Origin: Selaginella moellendorffii
Lineage: Eukaryota; Plantae; Lycopodiophyta
Reading direction: 5' to 3'
Length of the DNA: 64,000 nt
Assembly (NCBI RefSeq): GCF_000143415.4
Contig: NW_003314286.1
Span: forward strand, 1,089,643 to 1,153,642
Positions 46,739 to 63,974 of the stretch are shown piece after piece. The position numbers and the translations under genes are program-made. Every line of letters starts with the position of its first letter. Position 1 is the first letter of the stretch. The notes beneath the pieces are model-generated. The model was not told the origin of the DNA and did no database searches. It saw nothing but the letters and a program-made list of their open reading frames with translations.

Positions 46739-49341
46739 TCAACTCCCTTCGAGGTTGCTCTTCTCGGCCGATGCTTGATTCATGTCGTGCCGCCGCACCG
46801 CCTCCTTGAGCTTTCTCTGGTGCTCTTCAAGTAGCTCTTCGATGTCTACTGGGGCAGAGAAGCCGGGACGAAGCAGCGGGCCAGAGTGATACATGCGCTC
46901 CTGAGGATCATAGCCCTGCAAAGCAAAAGTATTTAAGTACATTCACAAGCAGCCGATATGACAATGTTACCGCTGGAGTCGGCTGAGAATCTCTCGCTCC
47001 AAACGCTCCGTCCTTGGCCGGGGCCTCGGGAAGATTTGGGGGCCCACGGAACACGTCCGAGCGCCGGGAGTCGAGCTCGTGTTTCCTGTCGGCGGCCTTG
47101 AGCACGCTCCGCAAGTTGTGCTTGGAGAAGTCGCCATCCTTCCCTTGGCCTTGCTCGGCAAAAGACCCGTGCCGTGACGAGCTGCTTGTGATCCTGTCAA
47201 CTTCCACTTGTCCGGTGGATGATCGCATTGCCCTGCTCGTCGACCGTTGCGGGGCCATTCTCACGTCCTCGTCTCGTTGCTTCCGGGACCAGTTGGCAGT
47301 CGCTGCTGTCGGGTTCCCAATTGGGCCAGAGCGCGATGATGCTGGAGGCACAAACTGGCGTGGTGGAACCGGTGACGTGCCCCGGACATCCGTGGGTTGC
47401 TGCCCGTATCGCGGAGCTGGAGGCTCCATGGGAAATCCAGATGCTGACTTTTCGGAAAGATACGTAAACTTTTCGCTCTTGCTCTTCGAGGAATGAGAAG
47501 ACAAACGCCGTTTCTGACGGAAAAATAAAAAGTAAAAAATAGAAAAATAAAACGTGAGAAAAAAAAGAAAGAAATGCAGCCATTTATTACGAGCAGAAAT
47601 TACCTGTACGGAAGCGTGAAGCTCTGCATTGGCGTCGGGCGCAGGCACGGCCCTGCTACGTTCCCTGGAGCCATGCCTCCGGCCTTCTGCAACACCATGC
47701 TTGGCTGCTCTCTGTCTGGAATGGTAAAAACAAGCACCGCTTTAGTATAATTGGACAAAAGCACGAGGATATAATTACCTCCTGGACTCTTCATCTCTCA
47801 TCTTGGCGTCAAATTCCTTGCTCGGAGGATATTTTGGTAGAACAGATGGATCGCATGGAAACGGCTTAGTGTTAAAAAACTGCATGGAAGCACTCAAGTT
47901 AGAATGTTACAAGTGCATGCATGAGCCACTTACATCTGCTTTCAGTGCTCCAGCTGCAGTTCCTCTATCAGCCGGCTCAATCGCAAGAAGAATATCGAGA
48001 AGGGCCAGTGCGGTCGAAGGGAAGTCTTTGTAAGTATCAGCGATGCAGCGTTTGTAAGGCTGCTGCGGCTTAAAAATCGTAGCGTGAGGAAGTTTGGATT
48101 TTTTCCAATACTCTTCCGATGGCGAGCCACATAGCTTAAAAATCTTGTGTAATTGCTCCACCTGTTCGATCAATAAGAAAGGCAGGCGTTACTAAACATC
48201 GTAAAATAAAAACCAAGGAGCATACTTCCGTTCGCCCAGGCATGATGGGCTTGCCAGCCAGTAATTCAGCTAGTATACAGCCAGTGCTCCAGAGATCCAC
48301 CCCAACACTGTATTCTGTAGCACCGAGTAGTAGCTCCGGCGGCCTGTACCAGAGCGTCACAACCCGGCTAGTTAAAGCAAGGTTCTGGTAGGGGTGATAA
48401 AACGTCGCCAATCCAAAGTCGGCAATCTTAAGAATCCCGCTGTTATCTATCAAGAGGTTGGACCCTTTGATGTCGCGATGCAGCACGCCTCTGGTATGGC
48501 AATGATCGAGTCCTCGTATTAATTGTTGTAAGTAGCATTTAACCTGAAATCGCAAAAAACATGTAACTGAAGGAAAAAAAAAGAGAGGGTAGCTTTTGCA
48601 AACCTGTGGTTCTGTGAACATGATGCCCGGACAAGCTGCGAGCCCGGCAAGATCGTGCTCCATGTACTCGAACACAAGGTAGAGGCTGGACGACATGCGG
48701 GAGGTAACCAGGCCTTCCAGCTTCACCACGTTTGGATGGTCGAGCCTCCTCAGTATCTGGATTTCCCGGGCCATGAACTTGACGCTCTCGGGCTCGAGGC
48801 TGTCAAAGCGGACCTTTTTGAGTGCCACGACCTTTCCAGAGTCGAGATCACGAGCCTTGTATACGTTACTGTAAGTTCCTTGTCCAATCTGCAAAGATAA
48901 GAAACGTTCCCTCAGGCAACCATATCAAAGAAAACCAAATCCACTTGCGAGCCTTCGTACCTTGTCAAGCTTTTCGAAAGAATCAGCGCGTCGAGGAATC
49001 CAGCCTTTGATCGCCTCCCCAGCCACGGCGGAGAGCCAACCGGGCCACCCCGCGGCAACTTGCTCGCCCTCGGCCTGCTTGGGGATGACGCTTTGACGAG
49101 GATTTGGATCCTGTGCATGGAGCCTCGCCCGGCGCTTGTCCATGCTATCCTCGCGACCATTTTGTCTCGTCCTGGCTTTGGATCTCTCCCTGTCCTTTTC
49201 CACGATCCCGTTGAGCCCCTCGAGCGTCTCGATCCTCGCAGATCCATTGAAATGCCGCAGCTGTGGCCGCGAGTAGGATTTGGCCTTGGGACTCTCCTGC
49301 GATCTCGAGGTGGAGGACGACTTTGCGCAGATACACCCCAT
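46739..49341 (-). CDS. CDK-like Ser/Thr kinase (CDKC-related, At1g54610-type family)
   Basis: MGCI N-terminus, AGWPGWL, IGQGTYSNVYKARD, HRDIKGSNLL, DFGLA, TSRVVTLWYRPPELLLG, C-terminal SGPL and ELLEEH. Confidence 0.93.
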
Positions 49342-49848
49342 TGGTGCGCTGTGGAGGAGACTCTAGCAAACAATCCCTTCTAGCCCTCTTCCAGTAGCTC
49401 TTCCTTGCTTGCAGCTCTTAGCTGCGGATGAAACCCCAGCTCATTCCCATCCATTGGAATCCGACTCCAGTGGCACCATAATCGCAGCTCCTAGGGTCGA
49501 AAAACCTAAACCCCGGGATCCTCGAGCTAAATTCCAGTAGCGGATGCTTCTCCCAGCTCCCGGAGCGCCGACGAGAGCAAGATCTAGGCTCCCAGACAGC
49601 ATTCACGACCGCGCCGTGGCTGCGCAACACCCCCGCTTCTCCAGCGCCACATCCTACCTTGGATTCTCTTTCGAGCTCTCTCACAGCGCCTTCTTTCTCA
49701 TCCCTCGCCCTCGTCGATGATCGCACTGATCGATCGAAAGTTTTGCCACTGCGCAGGAAAAATAGATTTTTAAGTGTTCCCCAAATTAGGTTATAAGGGT
49801 TACTATGACGGGCGCGACGCGTCACTGACGTGTGGCCGTCGCAAGAAA

Positions 49849-51923
49849 ATGGAAGCCATGGATATTTCCATGGCCTTGGCGCCCGATTGCCTGCGCAATG
49901 GCGCTGGCGCTGGAGCGATCGCTGCCGCGGCGAGGGAATTCTCGGCGAGATCGTCTTGCCGGGCGATCGGGATCCAGGTAAGTGATCGATTGCGCAGTCG
50001 TTTTAGCAGCAGGATTGTGATGACCTGATTCCAGCGGGATTCTAGACGAGGCAGCGAAGGCTGCGTTTGATTGCTAATGCTACGATCGATAGGAGCGCTG
50101 GAGATATTGCGCGAGATGCACCAGCGCCAGGTTCTCGATTCTTTTTGTGTGAATTCTTTTTCTTTTCGGTTTTCACGATCAAAACGGTTGCCAGGGAAGA
50201 TTAAGATTGATCCGCAGATCTTGCAACCCGTGGATGGATTTCCAGCGCTTCCGCGGACATTTTCTATCACGTATGATTTTTCTTGCGACTGCTAGCATCG
50301 ATTTTCTTATACTTTTGGTACTATGGACAGGATTCATGGAGTTACTTTGGAGGAAGAGTTGGAAAGGTAAAATATTTCTTCGTGTTCAACTTAACTTGAG
50401 TTCTTCTTTCTCAGACTGAAGCAAGACATCAAGGGTGTGGCTGGAGTGATTGATGTTTGCTGGATTGGAGAGCTGGTCCAGGGAGGACCAAGAGGAGGCT
50501 ATGTCACAGTCCAGCTTGAGCTTCAAAGCGATGCTACACTAAGGAGTGTTACGAGCGCCATTCAAGCGCTTGACAGCTCCAAGTTGCTGGTTTTGCCATA
50601 TAAGAACAACTCCTGGAAATGGAGGTAAGCAACAAGCCTTGTGTTTTCGTTCGCTGTATGACGAAAGTTTTTCATATCAAGGGATTACAAGATCAACTTT
50701 GGAGTGGCTGGGTGTGGAAATCCGATCATTCTGGTTCATGGATTCGGTAAGCGCCAGAATCAATGTGTTGTAAGTTTGATTTGCTTGTGTCTTTACGTTT
50801 CTCTAAAGGTGGAAATGCCGGGCACTTCGGAAATCTGCTATCGTATCTAGCGGAAAACAATAAAGTCTACGCGATCGACCTCTTAGGCTTTGGTGACTCA
50901 GAAAAGCCAAAGCAGGCTGACTACAGCCCGGATTTGTGGGCGGAACTGGTCTGCGGTGAGTTTCTTCCAGTTTTCTTAAGGCCTCCCGACATTGTCTTGG
51001 ATAGACTTTGCGCAGGAGTTCACGGAAAACGGAGCTGTGCTGGTTGGAAACTCCATTGGCTCGCTCTCAGCACTCACAGCTGCCGTTAAAGGTGGAAAGA
51101 ATACTGTTCGGTAAGAAAGCCGATTCCCACTAATGTCGCTTTTAAGAATGGACTTTTCGTTGTCGTAGTGGACTGGTGCTGCTGAATTGTGCCGGGGCAA
51201 TGAACAGGAAAGGCTTAACTCAAGATGGTTTTTTATTGCAGCTGCTGTCGCCCGTGTTCGTAGGTGTTGAATACATACTCGCACAGCCGCGCTTCGCAAA
51301 CCTTCTATTCAACAGGTCAGTGCTTTTCTCGGACATGTAGTTTCAATACTCAAGCGCCTATAGATTTCGAAGCAAGGACAACATCAGAAAGATACTCACT
51401 CAGCAAGCCTATTGCAACAAGGAATCTGTCACAGATCAGCTGGTATTTCCATCCATGTTTGCTCTTCCTTCCGCAAAGCTTTTGCTTTACAGGTCGATAT
51501 TCTCTATCATCCGTCAACCGACGAAGGGGCCGTGGACGTCTTTGTCAAAGTCTTCACTGGAAACAATCCAGGTAACTAAACAAATCTCGGTTTAGTTGTT
51601 TGATTTTTTTGTTCCAGGGTCGAGGCCGGAGAAACTTATGTCCGAAGTGGAGATCCCCGTTCTTGTCCTGTGGGGTGATCGAGATGCTTGGACCCCAGCG
51701 AACGGGCCCGTAAGTCATATGTTTTGAGCTCTTGGTCGCCAAAATCCTCATAGTTTTTTTCTCTGGATCGATTCAGGTGGCAAAGTTCTTTGTGGATTTG
51801 GAGAAGAAGAGAAACGACGTGAAATTCTACGCGCTCGAAGGCGTCGGTCACTGCCCTCACGACGATCGACCCGAGATCGCTGCCGAATACATTCGCTCTT
51901 TCCTATCATCACTTAACTGGTAG
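49849..51923 (+). CDS. Plastid alpha/beta hydrolase (pheophytinase/CLD1-like) with an extra N-terminal domain
   Basis: LVHGFG, VYAIDLLGFGDS.KP, VGNSIG, LLNCAG.MN.K, LWGDRDAWTP, GHCPHDDRPE. Confidence 0.85.
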
Positions 51924-52018
51924 CAACGTTTAATCTTAATTAACACACATTTAAATACTAATCTAATCTTTAAGAATATACCTCGTATCTGGCAAGAACC
52001 CTAGATCTTACTCACTCC

Positions 52019-53296
52019 ATGGCGCTCTTCTTCGTCAAGAACAATTTCTTCCTGGGCGCGTACCAGGAGGCGATCAATGCCGCCGGCAAGCTCAAGGGAT
52101 TGTCCGATCAGGAGGCTGCCGAGCGCGACTACTTCGTCTACAGATCGTACATTTCCTGCGGGCTCTACCAGGTAACGAATCTCTCTCTTCTCGCACTAGA
52201 AGATCACACAATTCGAGTGGATTGCAGATTGTTATCGATGAGATCAAGAGCTCGACCAGCGCCCTGGAAGCTGTGAGGCTGCTTGCTACATACTTCCTGG
52301 GAGAAAAGGTAAACAAAGGATTTCGAAAGAAACAAAGTAGCAGTGTTGTTCCAGGAGTCGGCAAAATCGTCTCTCAAGGACTTGTTAGCGGATCCACTGG
52401 TTGCTTCCAACAACGACGTGCTTCTCATAGCGGGCATCATCCATGCTCACGAACAAGACTACAATGAAGCGCTCAAGTATACTCATGCTGGAGAGACGCT
52501 CGAGCTGTAAGTAAAATATATATTTTTTCTTTTTCTCTTCTTTCGTTGGAGAAAACTTTTCTCTTCTTTCGTTGGAGAAAACTTTTGTCTTTGCTTTGTT
52601 TCTCTTTTCATTTTCTTCTCTTCTGATCGAGAGACCCTTTCTTCCAGATGCGCGCTAAACATTCACATGTACATAAAGCTGAATAGAACCGAGCGAGCCG
52701 AGCAGCAGCTAAAAGTCATGCAGCGAATCGACGAGGACCACACTCTCACGCAGCTGGCCAATGCGTGGGTCAATCTAGCGCTCGTGAGTTTTCTCCTGTC
52801 AAGATCTTCGTATAGTTTCTATAACAATCGTGTTTTTGGCCTGGACAGGGAGGCTCCAAGATTCAAGAAGCCTCTTACATATTCCAGGAGCTCTCCGAGA
52901 AGTACTCGTGGACGGTACCGCTCATGAATGGAAGGGCCGTTTGCCACATGCATATGGGCCAGTTTGATGACGCCGAGCAGCTCCTTCTAGACGCTCTCCT
53001 CAAGGTACAAAGTTTTCAAAGCTTTGTTTTTATTATCGATTGATCAAACACCTTTGCTCCAGGATAACAAGGACGCTGACACTCTCGCCAACCTTATTGT
53101 CTGCTGCCTCCATCTCGGAAAATCCACCACTCGCCATATGAGGTAACTTTGACACTCCGTTTGCTCCAACGTTTTGCTAAGTTTTGTTTTGTTGTTTGGT
53201 AGCCAACTCAAGTCATTGCAGCCGGATCACCCGACGATCCAGCGTCAAGTCGCGGCCGAGACGATGTTCCAGCAGGCACTCCAGGCCATGGGCTAG
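52019..53296 (+). CDS. COPE: Coatomer subunit epsilon
   Basis: LFFVKNNFFLGAYQEAIN, ERDYFVYRSYI, DEDHTLTQLANAW. Confidence 0.95.
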
Positions 53297-53358
53297 GCGG
53301 AGATACTCTCCTTTTTGTATTCCTGACATGAGATAAATCGCCAGAATCTTCTTTCCTT

Positions 53359-56300
53359 TCAAGGCTGCTGCTGTGGTGGAGTAACAGTGAGCTTGACTGG
53401 TATGCTTGACGAGTCTTCGGTGCCACCGTTGCTTTCCTCGAGTGGAACCTCCACTACAATCCCTTTGTACAGGCAAACTTTCTCCTCTTCGCAATAGTAC
53501 ACCTATGGGAAGGAACGAGCAAAAGTGAGTTTGGAAGCCCGCATTGCTGCCATAGAAAAGAGCAAACCTTGGAGATTATTCGTAATAAGGACCTCGTCGG
53601 TTTGCTTCTCTCGAAACTTAAGCTCGCCCGACCATCCTGAAGAGTGCCTTTATCTGGCTTTACGTCCACGGAGTCATCAGGCTCCACATCAACTTCGTAC
53701 TTGCTGGTTGCTTCCTGTTTGTAACAAACATAATAAGTATTACAATGCTTTAGCTTGGAACACGAACCTTGCTGAAGTGATATCCAGGAGGCAAATCTAT
53801 TTGTAGTTGCAAGTCTCCTCTGAGACCGGGAACAGCCTGGAGGCGAACGACTTCCATATCAGAGGAAGGCCGTCTTCTCAGCCGACGAGGAGACTTCTCC
53901 AATGGTCTTGGAGGCTCGACTCCTTTCAGCTCCAACGTAGTAACTTGTATAGCGTTGTCGTCCGGCCGGGGCTTGAGTAGACGAATCACGTTGTTGTTTG
54001 TATCGGCTACAAATAAGCTTCCTGTTCAAGCAGACTTTGTGAGTACGAAGCGGATGTAACGTGCATTAAGTTCTTACCATTGGGGCCCAAGGCGAGACCG
54101 GCTGGCTCTGAAAACTGAGAAGGAGAAGGAAATAACTATCAGCGAATTGGAACAGTAGCTGGGGTACCTGAGCTTTTACGCCTTTCCCATCTTCGTAGCC
54201 CGCGACACCAGTCCCTGCAACTGTACGCACTGTTTTGCTGGCTAAATCCATCAGTTTAATCTGCAATATCAAAAGCATGTTAACGTGGTCGTTTTGGAAA
54301 TGACTCTGACCTTGTGATTGTAAGTATCCGCCACGTAAACTGCACCGTTTGCGCTCGAGAGTATCCCCAGAGGGTGTTGGAATAGTGCTTGAGACGCTGG
54401 GCCATCCTTATCTCCGAACTAACGTCGACAGCTGAAACCATGCAGCTCTGGCGATGCATAAAACAAAACATACCTGAAACAAGTTCTCTGGAAATGCGGG
54501 ATCGCCTCCCGAAAGCCATTGCGAGCCTCCCGTCTTCAAGTTTACGGATCTCACAGAACTACTTTCGCTGTCGGCAATATATAAGTGGTCCATATCTGCC
54601 CCAACCAGCTCAGAAAAGCTGAAGCCACGTTACAACTTGAGACGAGATTGCTGGGCGAGAAAAGCAACCCACCAGGAGATAAGGACAGTCCCGACGGCTG
54701 CGCGTACGACGAGTTTGACCCCCTGACACATAGAAATCATATAGAAATCATACTAATATGTTGAAAACTACTTACTTTGAGCCATTGAGGTTACGCTCGT
54801 ATCCATCCCCGCTAAACACTTTCGCAACACCATTGCTCCTATTAAATTCCCATATTTGATGCTCCCCCGCCATTGCTATGTAAAGCATCCCATCAGGATG
54901 CAAGCAAAGGTCCCATGGTGAATTGAGCGGCTAAATGAAAGAGAGAGAAATGGTAACTGAATCCATATGATGTATGAATGTACCTGAGACTGGCCTGCTT
55001 TTCCACCCCTGTAGTCAAAGCCTCTTTCTCCAGTACCAGCCAAAGTTCTTACTGTCTCTTTCACAAAATCAACTTCCCTGTAATTGCATAAGAAATGTTA
55101 CTGAAGTCAGATATCAAACTATATTACCTGAGAGCATGATTTTCGGTATCTGCCACGTACAGGATGTTCTTTTCAGTATCATACGCTACACCCTGTAGAG
55201 CGGTCATAAGAAAGATCCAACAGTCTTAAAACTACTGCACCTGTGGTCGATTAAATGATGCTAAGGAGAATGATCCATCGGTTAAGCCTTCTGCTCCAGA
55301 GCCAACTTGTAGAATATAATTTCCATTCAAATCGGTGACAACCTTCAAAAAAACATTGTCATTCGTGTAGATACAAATAAAGAGCACTTACTATCCGATT
55401 GTGATTGCTATCAGAAATGAAAAGACGACTATTTGCCAGGTCCGTGGCCAGCTTTCCAGGAAAGCTCAATGGAGTAGTCAGAATTCGCGCACTTTTGCTT
55501 TTCTCGAGCTGTAATGGAATAGGTTGAGCGTTCAAAAGTTTCTTCTCTCCATAATATTGCAGTGCAGCATCCACTAGATTGTCCAAGTCCTATGGCAGAC
55601 GTAAGAAAATCTTGGAAAGCGAAGACGAAATAATACCTTTCGATGACCTTCTCCAGCAAGCCTCGCTATCACTTTCCCATTGGGACTGACAACCACGAAG
55701 GTCGGCCAAGAGCTAACTCCGAGTTGGCGCCATAGATTCATATCACCGTCGTTCACTACCTGTGACTTTGTGAGTCAACTCCGCTATCCCGAATAGAATG
55801 GGCTTACCGGATGCGTCACATTGTAGCGAAGCACTGCATTTCGAATCGCCTCTGTGTCTTTCTCATTGTCGAATTTGGCAGAGTGTACACCAACAACTGT
55901 GAGCTGCAAAGGATTTTCATATAACAAGAAAAAAAAACGTAAGTACTCACCGGTTGATCTTTATACTTTTGTTCAAGGTATGCCAGATCGGGGAGTACAT
56001 GCATACAGTTAATACAACAGTATGTCCAGAAGTCCAGAATAACCACCTTTCCGTGCAGGGCCTGTCAAACTAACAAGCTTAGCCATTTTAAACACACATC
56101 CAGTCATGCATACCCCTTTAAAACGAAGAGGTGCTGCTGTGTTCAACCACTGAAGACCTGGGGGAAATTCCATGACTTTCTGTCCGCCACTTCTGTAAGC
56201 ACCAAAACTGTTTCGAAACGACATCTAGCATAAGTAAACACGTCACTTTCTTTGCTTCAAGATTCGATATGTAGCTCTTGAACGAGTCGATACGGTTCCC

Positions 56301-58035
56301 AGAGTCCAGTTCTAGTGCAACAAAAACAACCATAAGCAGGAGACTACCAAATAAAACTGGCAGCAACCTTTACCAGAGCCAATAGCGAGTGGTATATCAT
56401 CAGCACCCAGAAAAGCATTCAAAAGTGCCATAGGAGAACCATATGTCATGGCCTGTTGGTAGTTTAGTTAGTATAAAGAACGAGAAATGGAGTGTATACC
56501 TTCCAACGTGTTGCAGCAAAAGCCAAACAGGATGTTCCTAGACTAAAGCTTCCAAGCCTGATAATGTCTCGCCTAGTGATGCTAGTGCTGCAAAACAGCA
56601 TGCAAAGCAACAGTTCTTTTCGTTTTTTGCCAAATCTTAACAAAGAGAGAAATACCCGAAAGGAAGAGATACTTCAGTATCTAAAATAGAGTAGATCCAG
56701 TCCATGCCCGTTACACCAGGCGCCGCTTCTTTAACATCTGCATCAACAACGCAGATCCTGGACACTTTCTTAAAAGAGCCATTGAATTTATTGAAGGAAA
56801 AACAAGAACAAGAGCTTTGCTCACCAAGAAAAAAAAAATGGAAAGAAAAAATGATCTAAGCCATCGTACCTTTGTCTTGTAAGTTCAGTATATCAGAAAG
56901 TGTGATATTGGCAATATTCATTCTGGTAAGTGTTGGATTCGCCTTGGCCAAACTTTCTTCGGAGAGCGTTGTAGATACTGCAATGCACCTCATTCCGGCT
57001 GCTCGAGCAGCTTGCACGCCAGCAAGTGCGTCTTCTACAACAACACACTGGACGACACAGAGTTAAAAAAGTACCCGGAATTTAATCATGCCTTACCTCT
57101 GATGGAGGAAGGCCAAGTGCTTTCGCTGCGGCCAGAAAAATGTCTGGCGCAGGCTTTAGCCTCTCGAAAACGTCCGCTGAGACAATGGCATCAAAACTGC
57201 CAGGAAAAACACGTTGCTAAAACACCAGCACATTAAAAAAAAAACAGTAAATACTTGGTTTGTGGTAAGCCTGCTGCCGAAAGATTTGCGTCAACTTTGA
57301 TTCGATCCGCGCTAGATGCAACGGCGACTTTGAGACCAGCACGTTTGCACTGAGTGTTGAGGTGATTAGAAGACAAACTTTTAATATCCATGAGCTTACT
57401 TCCATGATGAGCTCTAGTGCTCCGGGATATCCCAAGCCAGAGTCCGGCTTTGCGTACTGTCGTAAAAATAATTCACTCGTTACTTTCGCTTTCCTGTAGA
57501 GCACGATTTTCACCTTTTGGATGTAGACTTCAAAGAACTTTTCTTTGGCTTGAATGGGATCAAAACCTGGAACCTGGTACAATCCAGCAACACCTCCCAA
57601 AAAGTTTGCTTCGCCTGGAAAGGATGGAAACCAAGAAAGATTTCTTTCGATCAAAAGCAAGCCGGGGGAAGACTTACCAGTTCCCATGAATGGAATGAAA
57701 TCCTCCGGCCTGACAGTCACGCCCATTCCAGCGAAAACATCCACAGCTGCGTCACGCGATCTCTCCTCGCTATCGCACAGCACTCCATCCATATCGAACA
57801 GCACACCACGAACTGGCGGCGCTTCTTCAGCGCCTTGCCGAGATTTCTCCACCGCCCTAGCGCAAGAACACGATCGATTACCTCCATTGCTTCCACGCCA
57901 TCGCCTCGATGCATCGCGCCGCCCGCGGATTGCCGGTGCGAACGCCAATGCTGGGAGAAAATCACCCGCGCGGCAGTGGAGCCGCGGCCATGGCGCGAGA
58001 TAGGGTGTGAGCGCCACGGAAGGCGCCATCGCCAT
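53359..58035 (-). CDS. SOQ1: SUPPRESSOR OF QUENCHING 1 (HAD, TM, thioredoxin-like, NHL repeats)
   Basis: [61 protein letters not shown]. Confidence 0.95.
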
Positions 58036-58157
58036 TGCGCATGTATGGAGCTCCAAACGCACGGAAAATATAAATCTCGGATATTCCCAAGCCAGTGAAG
58101 AATATTCTCATTTTTGAACGTGGAGAAACGCGATCCACAAAGGAAAGAGATATCCAT

Positions 58158-59713
58158 TCACGAAGCCATGAGGCGTTCCTTTAGTAAAACTACGAGCTTA
58201 TCGGCGTCCACAGTCACTGCTACTTTCACCGGCGGCTTGTTACACCACGCTGTAGGTACTGCCCATCTACAAATCACGAAAGAAATTTTCTATAGTTCCA
58301 TCCAGGAACACGAACGAAAAAAAAATGGCGAGAACTTACTTCTTCCTTGTGTTGTTAAACAAGGTAAGCCCACGGCAAATTCCCTCCTGCTGGACTCTTA
58401 CGACACCTTCTGCGTAAGTAAAGAGCGATGGATCGATTGCCGCGATTACTGTTGCGGGATCGTGAAGATAAATCGCTGCCAATAGAGAGAAAACTCATCA
58501 AAAGCTCGGCACAGAGAAAGAAAGCTTCTCTTCTTTTTTTCTCACCGTCAATGTTGTAGTAATCCCTGTGATAGTTAAGGTAGCACATAATTACATCGCA
58601 TAGATATCGACCATACTTGCTGTCGCTTCTCCTGAGCTCCTCTATTTGTGGGCCTAGAACTTGCGAAGTTAGAGCAAAGACAAAAACGAGAATAAAAGAC
58701 CAAGGTACCTGTCATTGTGACTTGATGCGTTATGTTGATGCCGATTATTTTCGTGTTGGCTCCGCATGTAAGGACTATATCCGCGGCCAATGGATCTCCT
58801 AAAACCTTCATCCAAAATCACTTTTTTAACAAGAACCGGAAACCGGGGACAGCAAAACTTACATTTGCCTCTGCAGCGGGGTTAACGTTCCCGTTCACTG
58901 CAAAAGCACCACCAAGGATCACGATCTCGCCTACAAGTTTAGCAAATGATGGATCCATCTCGACAGCCTATGTTTTGGACACAAGTAGTGTCAAAAGCAC
59001 AAACGAAAATCCAAAACTTCGTACCTTGCCGAGATTTGTCAGAGGGCCAAGAGCTATGATTGTCACTTCCCCAGGAAACTCTTTCACTTTAGAAATGAAA
59101 AACTCGGGAGCAGTCATATCAATTGGTTTCCCCTTTGGAGCCGGGGGATTTGTGTTCCCCAATCCATCTTTTCCATGAATAAAATCAACAGCGTGCTCTT
59201 TCGTATCACCCTGTCAAATTAAAGGAAAAAAAAACCAGATGGAGCCCGAAACTTAAAAACACACACACAAAAGAAAAAACGAACCTTGAGAGATTTGTGT
59301 AGCCCTTGAGCAACAGGAATGTCCTCCCTACCTGCAAGTTCGCACTAGAACAAGAACCTCAGCTCCCGAAACCTTTGCGAGGCAGAAAAGGAAAACGAAA
59401 AGGAAGAATTTTTTTACCAGATGCAAAGCGTTTTGAGTTGCCATTGACGTTGATACATTCCCAAACGTCGTCGTGAGGCCAATGACATCGAGCTCTGGCG
59501 ACTGAAAGGCCAGCAAAATTGCCATTGCATCGTCTGCAAGAAGCAAAGGAAGAATCGATTAGAAAGGATCAAGAAGAAAAGAGGGAGAATCGACCCCCAA
59601 GCAATGCAAATCCAAAGAGAAAAGCCCCGGCAGCAAGAACTACGCCTACCTATGCCCGGATCTGTGTCGATGATCACCTTCTTTTGGATCACGTGGGCGC
59701 TGGCGGGCGCCAT
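58158..59713 (-). CDS. Inosine-uridine preferring nucleoside hydrolase (NSH/URH family)
   Basis: IIDTDPGIDDAMAI, LTTTFGNV, ALGPLTN, NVNPAAEAN, IYLHDP. Confidence 0.93.
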
Positions 59714-60034
59714 CGAGCGATCTGCTTGGCTCCCACAAGCAAACAACGTCACGTGAAATTTAATCTCCCCTAGGTTAACAAAAAATATAAAGGAAAGGAT
59801 ATGCTCCATAAAAAAAAAAGGAGGATCGCATATTCGCATTTTGAGATATATCAGCAAAAAAGTCGTGTAGTGGTCCGGTCATTATATTTATGAATGAGAA
59901 TTTCATTTCTCATATAATCGTCAAGCCTGGAAAGAAAGAAGATTAAAACAAAGATGCCAAAATCGACAGCTTACCAATCGAGTATACAGTTTAAGCGGCG
60001 AAGATCTCGTCCCAGGAGCTCATATAAATAATCT

Positions 60035-63166
<3,132 letters not shown>

Positions 63167-63708
63167 CGCCCGAAATATTTCCTCACACGGAGAGAAATGC
63201 CGCCAGCAGCGCCACATTTCCCACCGCATCCGCGCGCCTCGCCTGGAGCGCGAAGAAATTCGCCGATTCAATGCCGCGCAGCTTATGAATCGCCAGTGCG
63301 CTGGAATCTCCGCCACATTCCCCCTGCTCCATCGTTATCTTCATCGTCACGGATTGCTACAGCACCAGTGGCGTCGCGGCATCTAGCACGGGACGATCAA
63401 AAACCCTATCTTGCTCTCGCATTTCTCTTTGTTCCCTTTCTTTTCCTTTTCTCCCTTACGTCACTCAAGATACGAATATCCTGTTAGGGCTCCTTTGTGT
63501 CCGAATCTCTTGTAACTGACGCATAAAACGTGACAAAAGGACGGTGTAGATTGATTTGACCCCGGCGGTCACAAGCTATCGCTGGTTGCTAATGTGAGAC
63601 GAAACGCCCAAGAACAACATCATTGACGCGACGTAGACTTGCATACTACGATAGAAATCTCCTGGAATCGATTAGACAAAAAAAAAATTAAGCCCAGGAG
63701 TTTAGAGA

Positions 63709-63974
63709 TCACTTCGCTGCTTGCAAAAGCTTCTGAACAAGTATGTGTTGCTGCGCTGCGCTCAAGCACTCGGAGTTGATGATCGCATTGGAGACGAGCA
63801 CGGTGGTGGCTGGAGCATCGGATTTCACCTACAAAATCTCACACTCGCTCACGAATCCAAGACAGACAAGTTCCCGACGTACCCAAACGCGACCATTTAC
63901 ACCAACGGCGATCTCAAAAGCCAGGCTTTTGCCAAGAGCTTCGAGCACCGGATAAGTCGGCGTACCCAAGAGCC
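63709..63974 (-). CDS. RRP40: 3' exons of exosome subunit RRP40 (partial)
   Basis: Spliced translation LLGTPTYPVLEALGKSLAFEIAVGVNGRVW|VKSDAPATTVLVSNAIINSE...*. Confidence 0.85.

Noticed and set aside
52534-52587. ~26-bp tandem duplication in a COPE intron
   Set aside because: Ordinary slippage duplication.
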